Source of the DNA: a virus
IMG/VR virus record: IMGVR_UViG_3300049811_000099
Span: 1-61,909 of that record
Reading direction: 5' to 3' (one strand)
Length of the DNA stretch: 61,909 bases
The notes under the pieces are model-generated. The model worked only from the letters and a program-made list of their open reading frames with translations, was not told the DNA's origin and ran no database searches. Shown in pieces: positions 8,387 to 15,752 of the stretch. A program made the position numbers and the translations under genes. Position 1 is the stretch's first letter, and every line of letters starts with the position of its first letter.

Positions 8387-9309
8387 AGTTCCTCGTCGTC
8401 GGTGGCTGCCGTAGACGCCACCATCTCAATCACGCCGCCGTCCTCTGGCGAGCGGAAGAACTCGCCCAGCAGCGCCTTGATGTGGGCAAGTCGCAATGTC
8501 GCGTCAGCGTAGAAGTCCCCGGTGTCCTTGATGTGGCCCGGATCGACCCGCTTGAACGTGAGGTTGGTGTTGACGATGAACGTGTGCTGCGACTCGTCGC
8601 CGTGATCGATCTGCAGTTCAGTGACCTCGTAGCCGTCCTTGATGAGCCCGAGGATGCGCTCGCTGGACACGGCTGCATCCTTGACCCGAACGGTGCGCTT
8701 GTCGCTGGCCTTGAGCATGGCGCTGCGGCCTGGAGACCACTGGTCTTCCTGCGTGCCGTAGTGATCGCCGGTCACGATCTGCGTCAGAACCGACTGCACG
8801 GAGCCTTGCGTGCTCACGGGCATCGGTAGCCATCCGTCGTCGAACACCGACTCCAAGAACGCCACGACATCACCAGCCTTCTTGGCGCTGCTGGTGAAGA
8901 CGAGCATCCACTGCGCGCCCATGCGGCTGTGCTTGCAGAAGAACACCGGGATGTTCGAGCGGCGGATGAATGCTCTCGGCAGCAGGTCGAACTCGGTCTG
9001 GTCCCGCAGTTCCGCGTACTCCTTCTTGGAGACCTTGCGGCCCTCCGCGGCTTCGAGCTTGGCCACGCGCTTCTTGAGTTCCTCGTCGCGGACCTTGCCG
9101 GGCAGGATGCGCTCGTTGATCTGCACCATCAGCAGGTTGCCGACCTCCACGTTGACCCGTAGGTCGTCTTCACCAGGAATGACCGACGTGAGGCCGATTG
9201 AGCGCCACGTGGACGGGCTGGGATCGACGACACGATGGTCGGGGAGGTTCGGTGCAACGGCGTAGTTGCACGTGAACGGAATGAATGCCTTGAAGGGGGA
9301 GGTGGCCAT
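8383..9309 (-). CDS. rdgC: RdgC-like recombination-associated protein
   Basis: ILPGKV..LKKRVAKLEAAEGRKVSKKEYAELRDQTEFDLLPRAF...SSAKKAGDVVAFL parallels the E. coli RdgC central region as I remember it. 308 aa from ATG 9309. Confidence 0.65.
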   Translation of the reverse strand: MATSPFKAFIPFTCNYAVAPNLPDHRVVDPSPSTWRSIGLTSVIPGEDDLRVNVEVGNLLMVQINERILPGKVRDEELKKRVAKLEAAEGRKVSKKEYAELRDQTEFDLLPRAFIRRSNIPVFFCKHSRMGAQWMLVFTSSAKKAGDVVAFLESVFDDGWLPMPVSTQGSVQSVLTQIVTGDHYGTQEDQWSPGRSAMLKASDKRTVRVKDAAVSSERILGLIKDGYEVTELQIDHGDESQHTFIVNTNLTFKRVDPGHIKDTGDFYADATLRLAHIKALLGEFFRSPEDGGVIEMVASTAATDDEEL

Positions 9310-9326
9310 GGTGGAGGGCTGTATTG

Positions 9327-9364
9327 GTTGTGGAATCAGTAGTCGCGGTTGTACGGGCACGCGA
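9327..9364 (-). promoter_or_regulatory. Promoter-like element TCGCGT-17-TACTGA followed by TTCCACAACC (class II motif)
   Basis: Minus strand: -35 at 9359-9364, 17-nt spacer, -10 at 9336-9341. It lies about 25 nt upstream of the RdgC-like ATG. Confidence 0.4.
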
Positions 9365-9503
9365 CGTACCTGCATGGCCCGTCATCGTCATCGTCCTGCA
9401 GATCGGCCCTGTCGGCCCGGTTGAGCGACAGCATGGCCATGAACACGACGCCCAAGAATGCGCCGATAAAGAGACCGGCGATACCAGCGGTGAGTGCGGA
9501 CAT
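9336..9503 (-). CDS. Candidate small membrane protein (55 aa), absent from the ORF track
   Basis: GAGGA lies 6 nt upstream of ATG 9503. My translation is MSALTAGIAGLFIGAFLGVVFMAMLSLNRADRADLQDDDDDGPCRYVACPYNRDY. Confidence 0.45.
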   Translation of the reverse strand: MSALTAGIAGLFIGAFLGVVFMAMLSLNRADRADLQDDDDDGPCRYVACPYNRDY

Positions 9504-9512
9504 GGGAGATCC

Positions 9513-9695
9513 TCAGGTGGACAGGATGACGAGGGTGGCGCAGATGCTGACCAGCAGCACGGCAACCAGCAGCAGCGGCGGCTGACGCCTGCGCAACTTG
9601 TAGTCGATGTGCCCCGTGCAGGCATGAATGCGACGTGGCGGATCGCCCGGTTCGGGCTTGTGGTAGATCGGGGTCGTGGGCTCGAACGGGCGCAT
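9513..9695 (-). CDS. Small tail-anchored membrane protein (60 aa)
   Basis: C-terminal hydrophobic segment PPLLLVAVLLVSICATLVIL, in operon context. Confidence 0.45.
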   Translation of the reverse strand: MRPFEPTTPIYHKPEPGDPPRRIHACTGHIDYKLRRRQPPLLLVAVLLVSICATLVILST

Positions 9696-9704
9696 GAAGT
9701 GCTC

Positions 9705-9833
9705 CTAGAAGCGGGCAGGTTCGTCGCTGGGGTAGGCCGGCTTGGGTACTCGCGGCGGCTTGGGCCGCTTGACGGGAATGCCCTTGTACGTCGGGAACGG
9801 CCAGTTGGGAGGGGGTTGTTCACTCGGGTTCAT
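9705..9833 (-). CDS. Candidate proline-rich peptide (42 aa)
   Basis: Internal ATG 9833 (MNPSEQPPPNWPF...) overlaps the upstream gene end by 14 nt. Weak call. Confidence 0.3.
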   Translation of the reverse strand: MNPSEQPPPNWPFPTYKGIPVKRPKPPRVPKPAYPSDEPARF

Positions 9834-10380
9834 AGCGAAACAACATACCAGCGGGTCCAGGGCGGAAAGTGAGTTCCATGCCTTCGGTTGCAGAGTCCAT
9901 CTGCAAAGCCTGCTCGCAGCATTCGATGAAGTCGGCATACCGCTCAGGCGGAATGTCGTTCAACTTTTCGACGCATCCGACCCTGCGGATGATCTGCTTG
10001 ACCAGTTGCGTGCCGTGCTTGCGCTTCAGCAGTAAGGCTGTCTCGATCACTTTGTCATTGCTCACGGCAACGCGAGGGGTGATCGACTGGGGTGCATCGT
10101 CGAGCAGCGGCACGCCCGAAGTGTCGTCGGTCTGGTCGTCCACGTCGAGCAGCAACGTCTTGTCGTCGGCCACCTTGCCTGCGGCATCGGCAACCGAGAG
10201 CAGAGCGAACAACTGATTGACGCGGGGGTCGGACTCAAGTGCTGTGTCACCGACAGCACGCTCGATCTCCTGAGCGAATGCCACGATGGATTCCTGCCCG
10301 CGGATGGACGGGAAGATCGCGTCACGGTGGGCGAAGTGATGCTCCGCGATCTGCATGATGTGGGTGGGGGTGAGTGCCAT
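9820..10380 (-). CDS. Hypothetical early protein (186 aa)
   Basis: Start at ATG 10380 (MALTPTHIMQ), downstream of the promoter at 10455-10497. The ORF-track 10596 start would read through that promoter. Confidence 0.6.
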   Translation of the reverse strand: MALTPTHIMQIAEHHFAHRDAIFPSIRGQESIVAFAQEIERAVGDTALESDPRVNQLFALLSVADAAGKVADDKTLLLDVDDQTDDTSGVPLLDDAPQSITPRVAVSNDKVIETALLLKRKHGTQLVKQIIRRVGCVEKLNDIPPERYADFIECCEQALQMDSATEGMELTFRPGPAGMLFRYEPE

Positions 10381-10454
10381 GGCTGGATGGTGGTAAGGCT
10401 TTTCTGAGATGCCGCGTCCTTCGTGATTTCCTAGGGCGGGCGCTGGGGGAGAGA

Positions 10455-10497
10455 TCAACCGTTTGTGGAATGTAGTCGCAGATTCGATTGCCCGCAA
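10455..10497 (-). promoter_or_regulatory. Sigma70-like promoter TTGCGG-17-TACATT followed by CCACAAACGGTTGA (class II motif)
   Basis: Minus strand: -35 at 10492-10497, 17-nt spacer, -10 at 10469-10474. Same architecture as 5624-5666. Confidence 0.55.
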
Positions 10498-10510
10498 GAG
10501 GGTTGTGCAG

Positions 10511-10798
10511 TCAATCGTTGCGGGTGACGACAGCCACGACGTAGTAGTTGCCGCTCGGGGTAGGCATGTCGGCCACCTCGATGCTGTAGGAGCCACCGAC
10601 TGCAGCCTTGGCTCGCGTGACGGCCGGGGTCACGGCATTGCGTAGCTGCTGCCGCAGTGCGGGAAGTTCATCGGCAATCTGGGAGATGCGGAGCTTCGGG
10701 TCAACGGCTCGCACCTTGGAGACGGACTCGCCGATGGACAGTGCGTTGACCTGCGCCTGGAAGGACGGGGCGATTTCTGCTTGGTGGGGCTTGGGCAT
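10511..10798 (-). CDS. Hypothetical early protein (95 aa)
   Basis: TGATG overlap with the upstream gene. Confidence 0.6.
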   Translation of the reverse strand: MPKPHQAEIAPSFQAQVNALSIGESVSKVRAVDPKLRISQIADELPALRQQLRNAVTPAVTRAKAAVGGSYSIEVADMPTPSGNYYVVAVVTRND

Positions 10799-11025
10799 CA
10801 CACGACCTCCACTTGACCATCGATGTTCAGGCAGATGGTCTTGTCTTCGTTCATCAGGTGCTCACGGTAGGACTCGGCTTCACGCTGCCACTGATCAGCG
10901 ATGGACTCGGTGTAGCGCAGTTGCTGCTCCAGTTCCTCGATGCGCTGTGCCTGCTCGGCGCAGTGTTGGCGCAGATGTTCGAGTTCCCAGGCTTCGAGCT
11001 TGCGGCGTAGGGCTTTGAGCGACAT
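10798..11025 (-). CDS. First gene of the leftward operon, coiled-coil protein (75 aa)
   Basis: The ATG lies about 35 nt downstream of the P_L-like promoter. Heptad-like, Glu/Gln/Leu-rich sequence. Confidence 0.6.
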   Translation of the reverse strand: MSLKALRRKLEAWELEHLRQHCAEQAQRIEELEQQLRYTESIADQWQREAESYREHLMNEDKTICLNIDGQVEVV

Positions 11026-11058
11026 GGCGATGTATGCAATGAATAGGTCGATGGGTGG

Positions 11059-11087
11059 ACTGTAGCGACACCGAAGGGCGGTGTCAA
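11059..11087 (-). promoter_or_regulatory. Leftward promoter TTGACA-17-TACAGT with a 7-5-7 palindromic operator GACACCG-N5-CGGTGTC in the spacer
   Basis: Minus strand: -35 at 11082-11087 and -10 at 11059-11064. The palindrome spans 11067-11085. Confidence 0.65.
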
Positions 11088-11290
11088 GTGGCTTTCTGGC
11101 GGTGCAGGACTAGGGGTTTGCCCTGCCGAAATTTGGATTTGCCTATGTCCTAGAAATTTTGGAACGGGCCAGGGTCACAAAGTAAGGAATGGGTTGGGTG
11201 TTCATGCTGGCGCTGGTGGCGGCTGGGCCTGGACTTGCACGATGTCGAGCTTGTGGCGGCCTCACACACGTGCGTGCGCAGGCGCGTTTG

Positions 11291-11315
11291 TATATATATA
11301 GGGGTGGGGGGGGGG
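11291..11315. repeat. Simple-sequence tract (TA)5 GGGG T G10
   Basis: Read directly as tatatatata ggggt gggggggggg. Unusual in this GC-rich genome. Confidence 0.9.
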
Positions 11316-11351
11316 ATCCGGGCCGGCCGGGTGCAGGGCATCGGCCCGGGG

Positions 11352-11575
11352 GGCGCTGCTGGCCTGGGTGGCGCTGCTGGCTTGGGTGGCGCTGCTGGCC
11401 TGGGTGGCGCTGCTGGCCTGGGTGGCGCTGCTGGCCTGGGTGGCGCTGCTGGCCTGGGTGGCGCTGGCGTCCGGGGTGGCGCTGCTGGCCTGGGTGGCGC
11501 TGCTGGCCTGGGTGGCGCTGCTGGCCTGGGTGGCGCTGGCGTCCGGGGTGGCGCTGCTGGCCTGGGTGGCGCTGC
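11352..11575. repeat. 18-bp tandem repeat, about 12.4 copies (ggcgctgctggcctgggt; two variant units ggcgctggcgtccggggt)
   Basis: Copies counted directly. The period is a multiple of 3, so all six frames stay open. Coding status unresolved. Confidence 0.95.
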
Positions 11576-11641
11576 AGAACTTCCCCGCGGGCTTAGGGTT
11601 CGCACTAGTGGGGGAGACTGAAGCCGGACCGAAAAAAACGC

Positions 11642-11672
11642 TTGACACTGGTGATCAGTGTCGTGCGAGAAT
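11642..11672 (+). promoter_or_regulatory. Candidate rightward promoter TTGACA-19-GAGAAT with operator GACACTG-N5-CAGTGTC and an upstream A7 tract
   Basis: -35 at 11642-11647 and palindrome at 11644-11662. The -10 is imperfect and the spacer is long, hence the moderate confidence. Confidence 0.4.
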
Positions 11673-11827
11673 AGAGCCCATGGCGAGGCAGTGAAGCCGA
11701 ACCCCGCACCAAGCGACGGCCCCAGGGCCCGACAGAGCTAGCGGGGCAGATGGTGGAAGGCAGTGGGAACCACACGGGGGACGATAAGCTAGGCCCCCAC
11801 TAGTCCAGGCAGAAAACCGGAGCGTAA

Positions 11828-12040
11828 ATGATGAACCGTGAGAATTACAGGAAAGCCCGAGCAATGATCCGCGGAAACGGCCGCGTGGCCCTCAAATGGA
11901 TGCCCCACGAGCATGCCGAACAAATGCGGCGGATTGTCTTAGCTCGGCCCGATCCCCTCGCTTTTCGGGTTTGGATTGTCGGCGCCTTTGGCCCGGCTTC
12001 CCCGATGCTGCGTGCAGAAATGCAAGCCCGTAACACCTAA
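11828..12040 (+). CDS. Hypothetical protein (70 aa), first ORF of the low-GC3 island
   Basis: GGAG lies 7 nt upstream of the ATG. Confidence 0.5.
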   Translation: MMNRENYRKARAMIRGNGRVALKWMPHEHAEQMRRIVLARPDPLAFRVWIVGAFGPASPMLRAEMQARNT

Positions 12041-12064
12041 CCCGCAACGAAAGGACAACCCGCA

Positions 12065-12190
12065 ATGATCCGCCTTCGCATGTTTTTCGGTCGCCAGTGT
12101 CTGTCATGTCGTGTTACCCCGGCCGTGGCGGATGAACTGGTGAACCTCTTTTGCCCTGATTCATTCACTATCGAAGGGGGTACGGAATGA
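12065..12190 (+). CDS. Candidate small Cys-containing protein (41 aa), absent from the ORF track
   Basis: AAAGGA SD. My translation is MIRLRMFFGRQCLSCRVTPAVADELVNLFCPDSFTIEGGTE. ATGA overlap with the next ORF. Confidence 0.35.
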   Translation: MIRLRMFFGRQCLSCRVTPAVADELVNLFCPDSFTIEGGTE

Positions 12191-12396
12191 TGCTTTGCGC
12201 AGTGTACGAACGTGCCGAAGGTGGCACGCTGCAAAGGTGGCACGAAGCCCGCGCCGAAGTGACGGCCGAGGAACTTTCGGGCTTCTATCCGCACGTCGAA
12301 GGCTTGAAGGGATGGCCCGAGAGCCGGGTTTATTGGACCCGTGCCACGGGTCCGGCCTTCGGCGTGGCGCCGATCAAGCCCGATGGGGCGGAATGA
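12187..12396 (+). CDS. Hypothetical protein (69 aa)
   Basis: ATGA coupling and GGGGG SD. Confidence 0.5.
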   Translation: MMLCAVYERAEGGTLQRWHEARAEVTAEELSGFYPHVEGLKGWPESRVYWTRATGPAFGVAPIKPDGAE

Positions 12397-12479
12397 TGGC
12401 CACGGATTCGCGAGCTCTGCTTTTCGTCGCAGCCCTTTACGGGCTTTGAGATTCAACATTAGGTTAGGAATTCAGCATC

Positions 12480-13019
12480 ATGGCAACCCGTGCTTTCTAT
12501 ATCGCCGATAAGGCAAATGTTTCGGTACGAGTCATTCTGGATAAACGCGGTCGCCACGTCGCGACGGTGCGATGGCTATATCCGCGCGACGGTGCAGGAT
12601 CTGTGCGTTGCGAGGTTTACACCCCTGGAGAGGGAATCACGTATCGCGGCCGTGCTTGCGGCTACGGTTATGACAAGACCACGGCAGCCCTGGCCGGGGC
12701 CACCATCGCGGGCTTTCGTATGGCGGATCACTGCGGCGCCGCAGAGCCGGAACACGAAGCCCGCAAAGCCCGTTTCATGGGTCGATACATCCGCGCGGCC
12801 GTGCAAGGCATGACGCGGGAAGAGTGTGCCAACTGGCAAGCCCGGGCACGTGCCATGGGGTGCGATTTGGCCAACTGGTGCCGCAGCTCGGACATGCCTT
12901 CCGAGCCCGGGGATAAGCCCGGGGAGGTGCGCCACGGTTACCGCTATACCTCCCTGCACACTCGCCCCGGGCTCGTACGCTTGGCAGCCGCGGGCTTCAC
13001 AGTCATCAACGCAGTCTAA
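12480..13019 (+). CDS. Hypothetical protein (179 aa) with a GYGYDKTTAALAGA motif
   Basis: Clean ORF with lower GC3 than the phage backbone. No family I can name. Confidence 0.6.
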   Translation: MATRAFYIADKANVSVRVILDKRGRHVATVRWLYPRDGAGSVRCEVYTPGEGITYRGRACGYGYDKTTAALAGATIAGFRMADHCGAAEPEHEARKARFMGRYIRAAVQGMTREECANWQARARAMGCDLANWCRSSDMPSEPGDKPGEVRHGYRYTSLHTRPGLVRLAAAGFTVINAV

Positions 13020-13036
13020 GGGGGAGGGCTAGCACC

Positions 13037-13414
13037 ATGAGCATCTATCTTTATCGTCGTGGCGATGGCAACGAGGGGAACTATCCCCGGGGGATGATTG
13101 AACTCAAGCCCGGGGAATGTCCCTTTGCAGCCCTGCGGGCCCTCGTGGTGAATGACTACATTCCGGGCCGCCGGGTGCGCCTTTACATCATGCGCAACAT
13201 TGAAACCGATGGCGAACCTGAATACGGGATTCTGGCCACGGTTTACGAGGGGCCCGAGGGTGAACAGGCTTTCGGCGCTGCGTGGTTGACCGCAGAGCTC
13301 GAACCCCTGGCACCCGAGGATGTTTTGCACTACGAAGGGCAGCGCTTCACGGTCCGGAGTCTGCGTGATTCCGTTGACCGGGCCGCGTGGAGTTGGTTTC
13401 GCAAGGGGGACTAA
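13037..13414 (+). CDS. Hypothetical protein (125 aa)
   Basis: GGGGAGGG SD upstream of the ATG. Confidence 0.6.
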   Translation: MSIYLYRRGDGNEGNYPRGMIELKPGECPFAALRALVVNDYIPGRRVRLYIMRNIETDGEPEYGILATVYEGPEGEQAFGAAWLTAELEPLAPEDVLHYEGQRFTVRSLRDSVDRAAWSWFRKGD

Positions 13415-13416
13415 GC

Positions 13417-13818
13417 ATGGCATTTTCACCTATCGCATTCTTTGCACGCTGGGCCTCGGTTTCATGGAATCCCGCGACGCAAACCCGGGAAGAGGGCCGC
13501 GTCGAAGGCGCGCGCAAGCTCGCCCGGGCTGAAGCCCTGGCCCGGGATCTAGGTTTCTCGTTCGAGTGTTCTATTGACCCGGATGTCACTTCAGCCGACT
13601 GGCGCGGCCCGCGTCAAGATGGGGGCAAGTATCGGAACCCGTGGGCTACGTGGTTTTGTGTCATGCGTGACCCGGCCGGGGAAGTCGCGGGCTCTCTCGG
13701 GGGAATTGATTTTGGCCGAGATGGGGAGCCATGGGGCAAAGCCTATCGGCGCGTTATCGAGGCTGAACTGGCTTGCGAGATTGACGCCGACTCATGGGCA
13801 GACTTTGAGGGGGCGTGA
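13417..13818 (+). CDS. Hypothetical protein (133 aa)
   Basis: Start moved to ATG 13417, 2 nt after the upstream stop, with AAGGGGGA SD. Confidence 0.55.
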   Translation: MAFSPIAFFARWASVSWNPATQTREEGRVEGARKLARAEALARDLGFSFECSIDPDVTSADWRGPRQDGGKYRNPWATWFCVMRDPAGEVAGSLGGIDFGRDGEPWGKAYRRVIEAELACEIDADSWADFEGA

Positions 13819-13821
13819 ACT

Positions 13822-14100
13822 ATGGATCAAGAGTCCAACAATGTCCCGAATCTAGACGCTATGCCCGCTAGTGAAGTCTGGAATTTCTGGCGAAAGCACC
13901 AAGCGGGCCGCAACTATCGCAAGCTTTTTCCGAAGGGTGGCAGGGGCACAAAGCGGGCTGCCGCAAATCTCGCGCACTACGCGGCAAACAAGGGAACTGC
14001 GATGAATTGTCGATTGAGGGGGGAGATTCAATCGGCGCTTATGTATGAGGGGATCGCAGAACGCATTTACGCGGCCCTCCCTTCGTTCGCTCAATGGTGA
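13822..14100 (+). CDS. Hypothetical protein (92 aa)
   Basis: Tightly packed in the operon. Confidence 0.5.
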   Translation: MDQESNNVPNLDAMPASEVWNFWRKHQAGRNYRKLFPKGGRGTKRAAANLAHYAANKGTAMNCRLRGEIQSALMYEGIAERIYAALPSFAQW

Positions 14101-14111
14101 AAGGCTAACCC

Positions 14112-14582
14112 GTGAATCTCTTCTCTTTCAAACCCTTTAGCCCCGAGGTGCAAACCATGGTTCGGGCTTACATGACATGCCTGTTATGGACTATGCCAGG
14201 GACCGATGGTGATGAAAACCCCGGGGACCGCTACACCCTGAGCCGATTCACTGCTGAAGCTCGGGCAGTCTGTCTGTCGGACTGTCTCGAATTTATCAAT
14301 CGCATGCGGGCCGCCGGGTTTGTGACGCTGCTGTATGGCACGGCCGACGTGCAATTGCAGGGTTACGGGCCCGAGAATCTCGGCCATGATTTGGCCCTTT
14401 CCCGGAATGGCCACGGGGCGGGATTCTTTGACCGGAAACCCCTGGCCATTGATGCGCGACACTTCCGATTCTCGGGTGCCAGCATCTCAGGGGATACGTT
14501 AGGCGATGAATTGCAGCGCATTGCCGAAAATATGGGGGAGCGTGACGTTTACGCGGCCCGCGGGTGGATTCACGTTAGTTGA
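14112..14582 (+). CDS. Hypothetical protein (156 aa) with a GHDLALSRNGHGAGFFDR motif
   Basis: GTG start. The motif recalls an uncharacterised plasmid/phage family (GHDxxLTRNGHGAGFWD), from memory only. Confidence 0.55.
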   Translation: MNLFSFKPFSPEVQTMVRAYMTCLLWTMPGTDGDENPGDRYTLSRFTAEARAVCLSDCLEFINRMRAAGFVTLLYGTADVQLQGYGPENLGHDLALSRNGHGAGFFDRKPLAIDARHFRFSGASISGDTLGDELQRIAENMGERDVYAARGWIHVS

Positions 14583-14594
14583 GGGGGTTGCATC

Positions 14595-14918
14595 ATGCCC
14601 ATTCTCTGCAATATCACGTTTGAGATTGTCACCCCCGAATCCGCGGCTGATGGTGACGCGGTCGAACGGGGTTTTATCTCTGAGAATGAACCTTTCACGT
14701 TTCGCGAGCTTGTCGAATGGATGAGGGGAGGGGAGCCCTCATCCTGGCCCGCATCGGGTGACGTTTCCGAATGGGTCTCACAGTCTCAGGGTGAAACCCG
14801 GGCTTACTTTGAAAAGGGAGAAGAGGAAACGCGGGCCATTCATTACAGTCGCGACAATCCGCCGCACAAGGCGCGGTATTGGAAGCTCGCAATTCGTGCT
14901 GCGGGGCCTGCCCGATGA
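14595..14918 (+). CDS. Hypothetical acidic protein (107 aa)
   Basis: GAGGGGG SD. Operon context. Confidence 0.55.
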   Translation: MPILCNITFEIVTPESAADGDAVERGFISENEPFTFRELVEWMRGGEPSSWPASGDVSEWVSQSQGETRAYFEKGEEETRAIHYSRDNPPHKARYWKLAIRAAGPAR

Positions 14919-15163
14919 AAGCGCGCTATATTTTTGTTGCATTCATGGGTGATGCTTCACGCCATGTCGTGAAAACAGATTACGCAATGCACGCCTATGC
15001 GTTGCCCCTGACAATCGTAGGGAAGGGTGAAGCCCGTGCTCTGATAGGCCCGTTTCGCACCATGCGGGGGGCACGTTTCATGGCGCAGCGTGGGTGCCAG
15101 TGTGAAAACGTCGCACAATCTGAAGCCGCTGCAAAAGATGAAGCCGCGGGGCTTGCCCGATGA
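14915..15163 (+). CDS. Hypothetical protein (82 aa)
   Basis: ATG 14915 overlaps the upstream stop (ATGA). Confidence 0.5.
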   Translation: MKARYIFVAFMGDASRHVVKTDYAMHAYALPLTIVGKGEARALIGPFRTMRGARFMAQRGCQCENVAQSEAAAKDEAAGLAR

Positions 15164-15348
15164 TGCTCCATGCCCGTATTGCACTGGCCATGCTCTGCGC
15201 ATGGGGTGCACTGCTAGGCGGGGCTTATCTGCTGATCACGTCATCCGGGCTGGTGGCCCTTGTCGCGTTCATCGGGTTGTCAGGTCTTGGGGTCTTGATC
15301 CTGCCCGCGTCGATTCGAGCTCCACCGGATGACGTGACGCGGGACTAA
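15160..15348 (+). CDS. Small membrane protein (62 aa, 2 TM)
   Basis: ATGA overlap. The sequence IALAMLCAWGALLGGAYLLI..LVALVAFIGLSGLGVLIL is hydrophobic. Confidence 0.55.
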   Translation: MMLHARIALAMLCAWGALLGGAYLLITSSGLVALVAFIGLSGLGVLILPASIRAPPDDVTRD

Positions 15349-15374
15349 TCGACCCGGCCGGATGTCGCGCCATG

Positions 15375-15403
15375 CCCCTAGGGTTTGTCCCTAGGGGCTT
15401 TTC
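15375..15403 (+). terminator. Rho-independent terminator-like hairpin CCCCTAGGG-tttgt-CCCTAGGGG followed by CTTTTCG
   Basis: Perfect 9-bp stem followed by a T-rich run. A second hairpin, GGGCAGTGC..GCACTGCCC, follows. Confidence 0.55.
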
Positions 15404-15453
15404 GTGCATGGGCAGTGCATAGGGCACTGCCCGATTCACCCGGAGCCCTAGCT

Positions 15454-15684
15454 ATGTCATCCCTTGCCACCAAGATCACGATCACCAAGAGTCGCGCGGG
15501 CCATTACTGGTTGCGCGTGCGCAGTCTCGCATGTCCCGATATCTACGTGGGCGATGCTTTCAGCACGATGCAACAAGCCCGCGCGGCCGTCCCGCGTTAC
15601 GTGGAGCAATGCCGCGCGGCCGTCCGGCTTAAAGTGTTGTGGTTGAATGCGAACGCCAGCGAAGCCCCCACGTTCACAGACTAA
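15454..15684 (+). CDS. Hypothetical protein (76 aa), last ORF of the island
   Basis: ATG 15454 with GGAG 9 nt upstream. Confidence 0.45.
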   Translation: MSSLATKITITKSRAGHYWLRVRSLACPDIYVGDAFSTMQQARAAVPRYVEQCRAAVRLKVLWLNANASEAPTFTD

Positions 15685-15713
15685 GCCCCCGGCCCCCTCA
15701 CCGCCTCACACAG

Positions 15714-15743
15714 AGCCCGCACCATGCGGGCTTTGTCGTTTCT
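15714..15743 (+). terminator. Rho-independent terminator AGCCCGC-accat-GCGGGCT followed by TTGTCGTTTCT
   Basis: 7-bp GC stem and T-rich tail 30 nt after the last island ORF. Confidence 0.6.
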
Positions 15744-15752
15744 GGGTACTGA

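Noticed and set aside
5247-10596. Long N-terminal extensions offered by the ORF track (5247..5855, 5901..6710, 8383..9375, 9820..10596; also 19206..19973 and 51484..52767).
   Set aside because: The extensions run through promoter-like elements or overlap upstream genes out of frame and translate to Arg/Ser/Pro-rich sequence. Internal starts that overlap the preceding stop (ATGA, GTGA or TGATG), or that follow an SD, fit the operon logic.
11150-11605. A 151-aa proline-rich PAAPPR repeat protein, and the other five repeat-derived ORFs across the 18-bp array.
   Set aside because: The PAAPPR frame has poor third-position GC (3 of 6 per unit), has no SD, and lies upstream of the leftward promoter. 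I kept the array as a repeat with unresolved coding status rather than calling a CDS.
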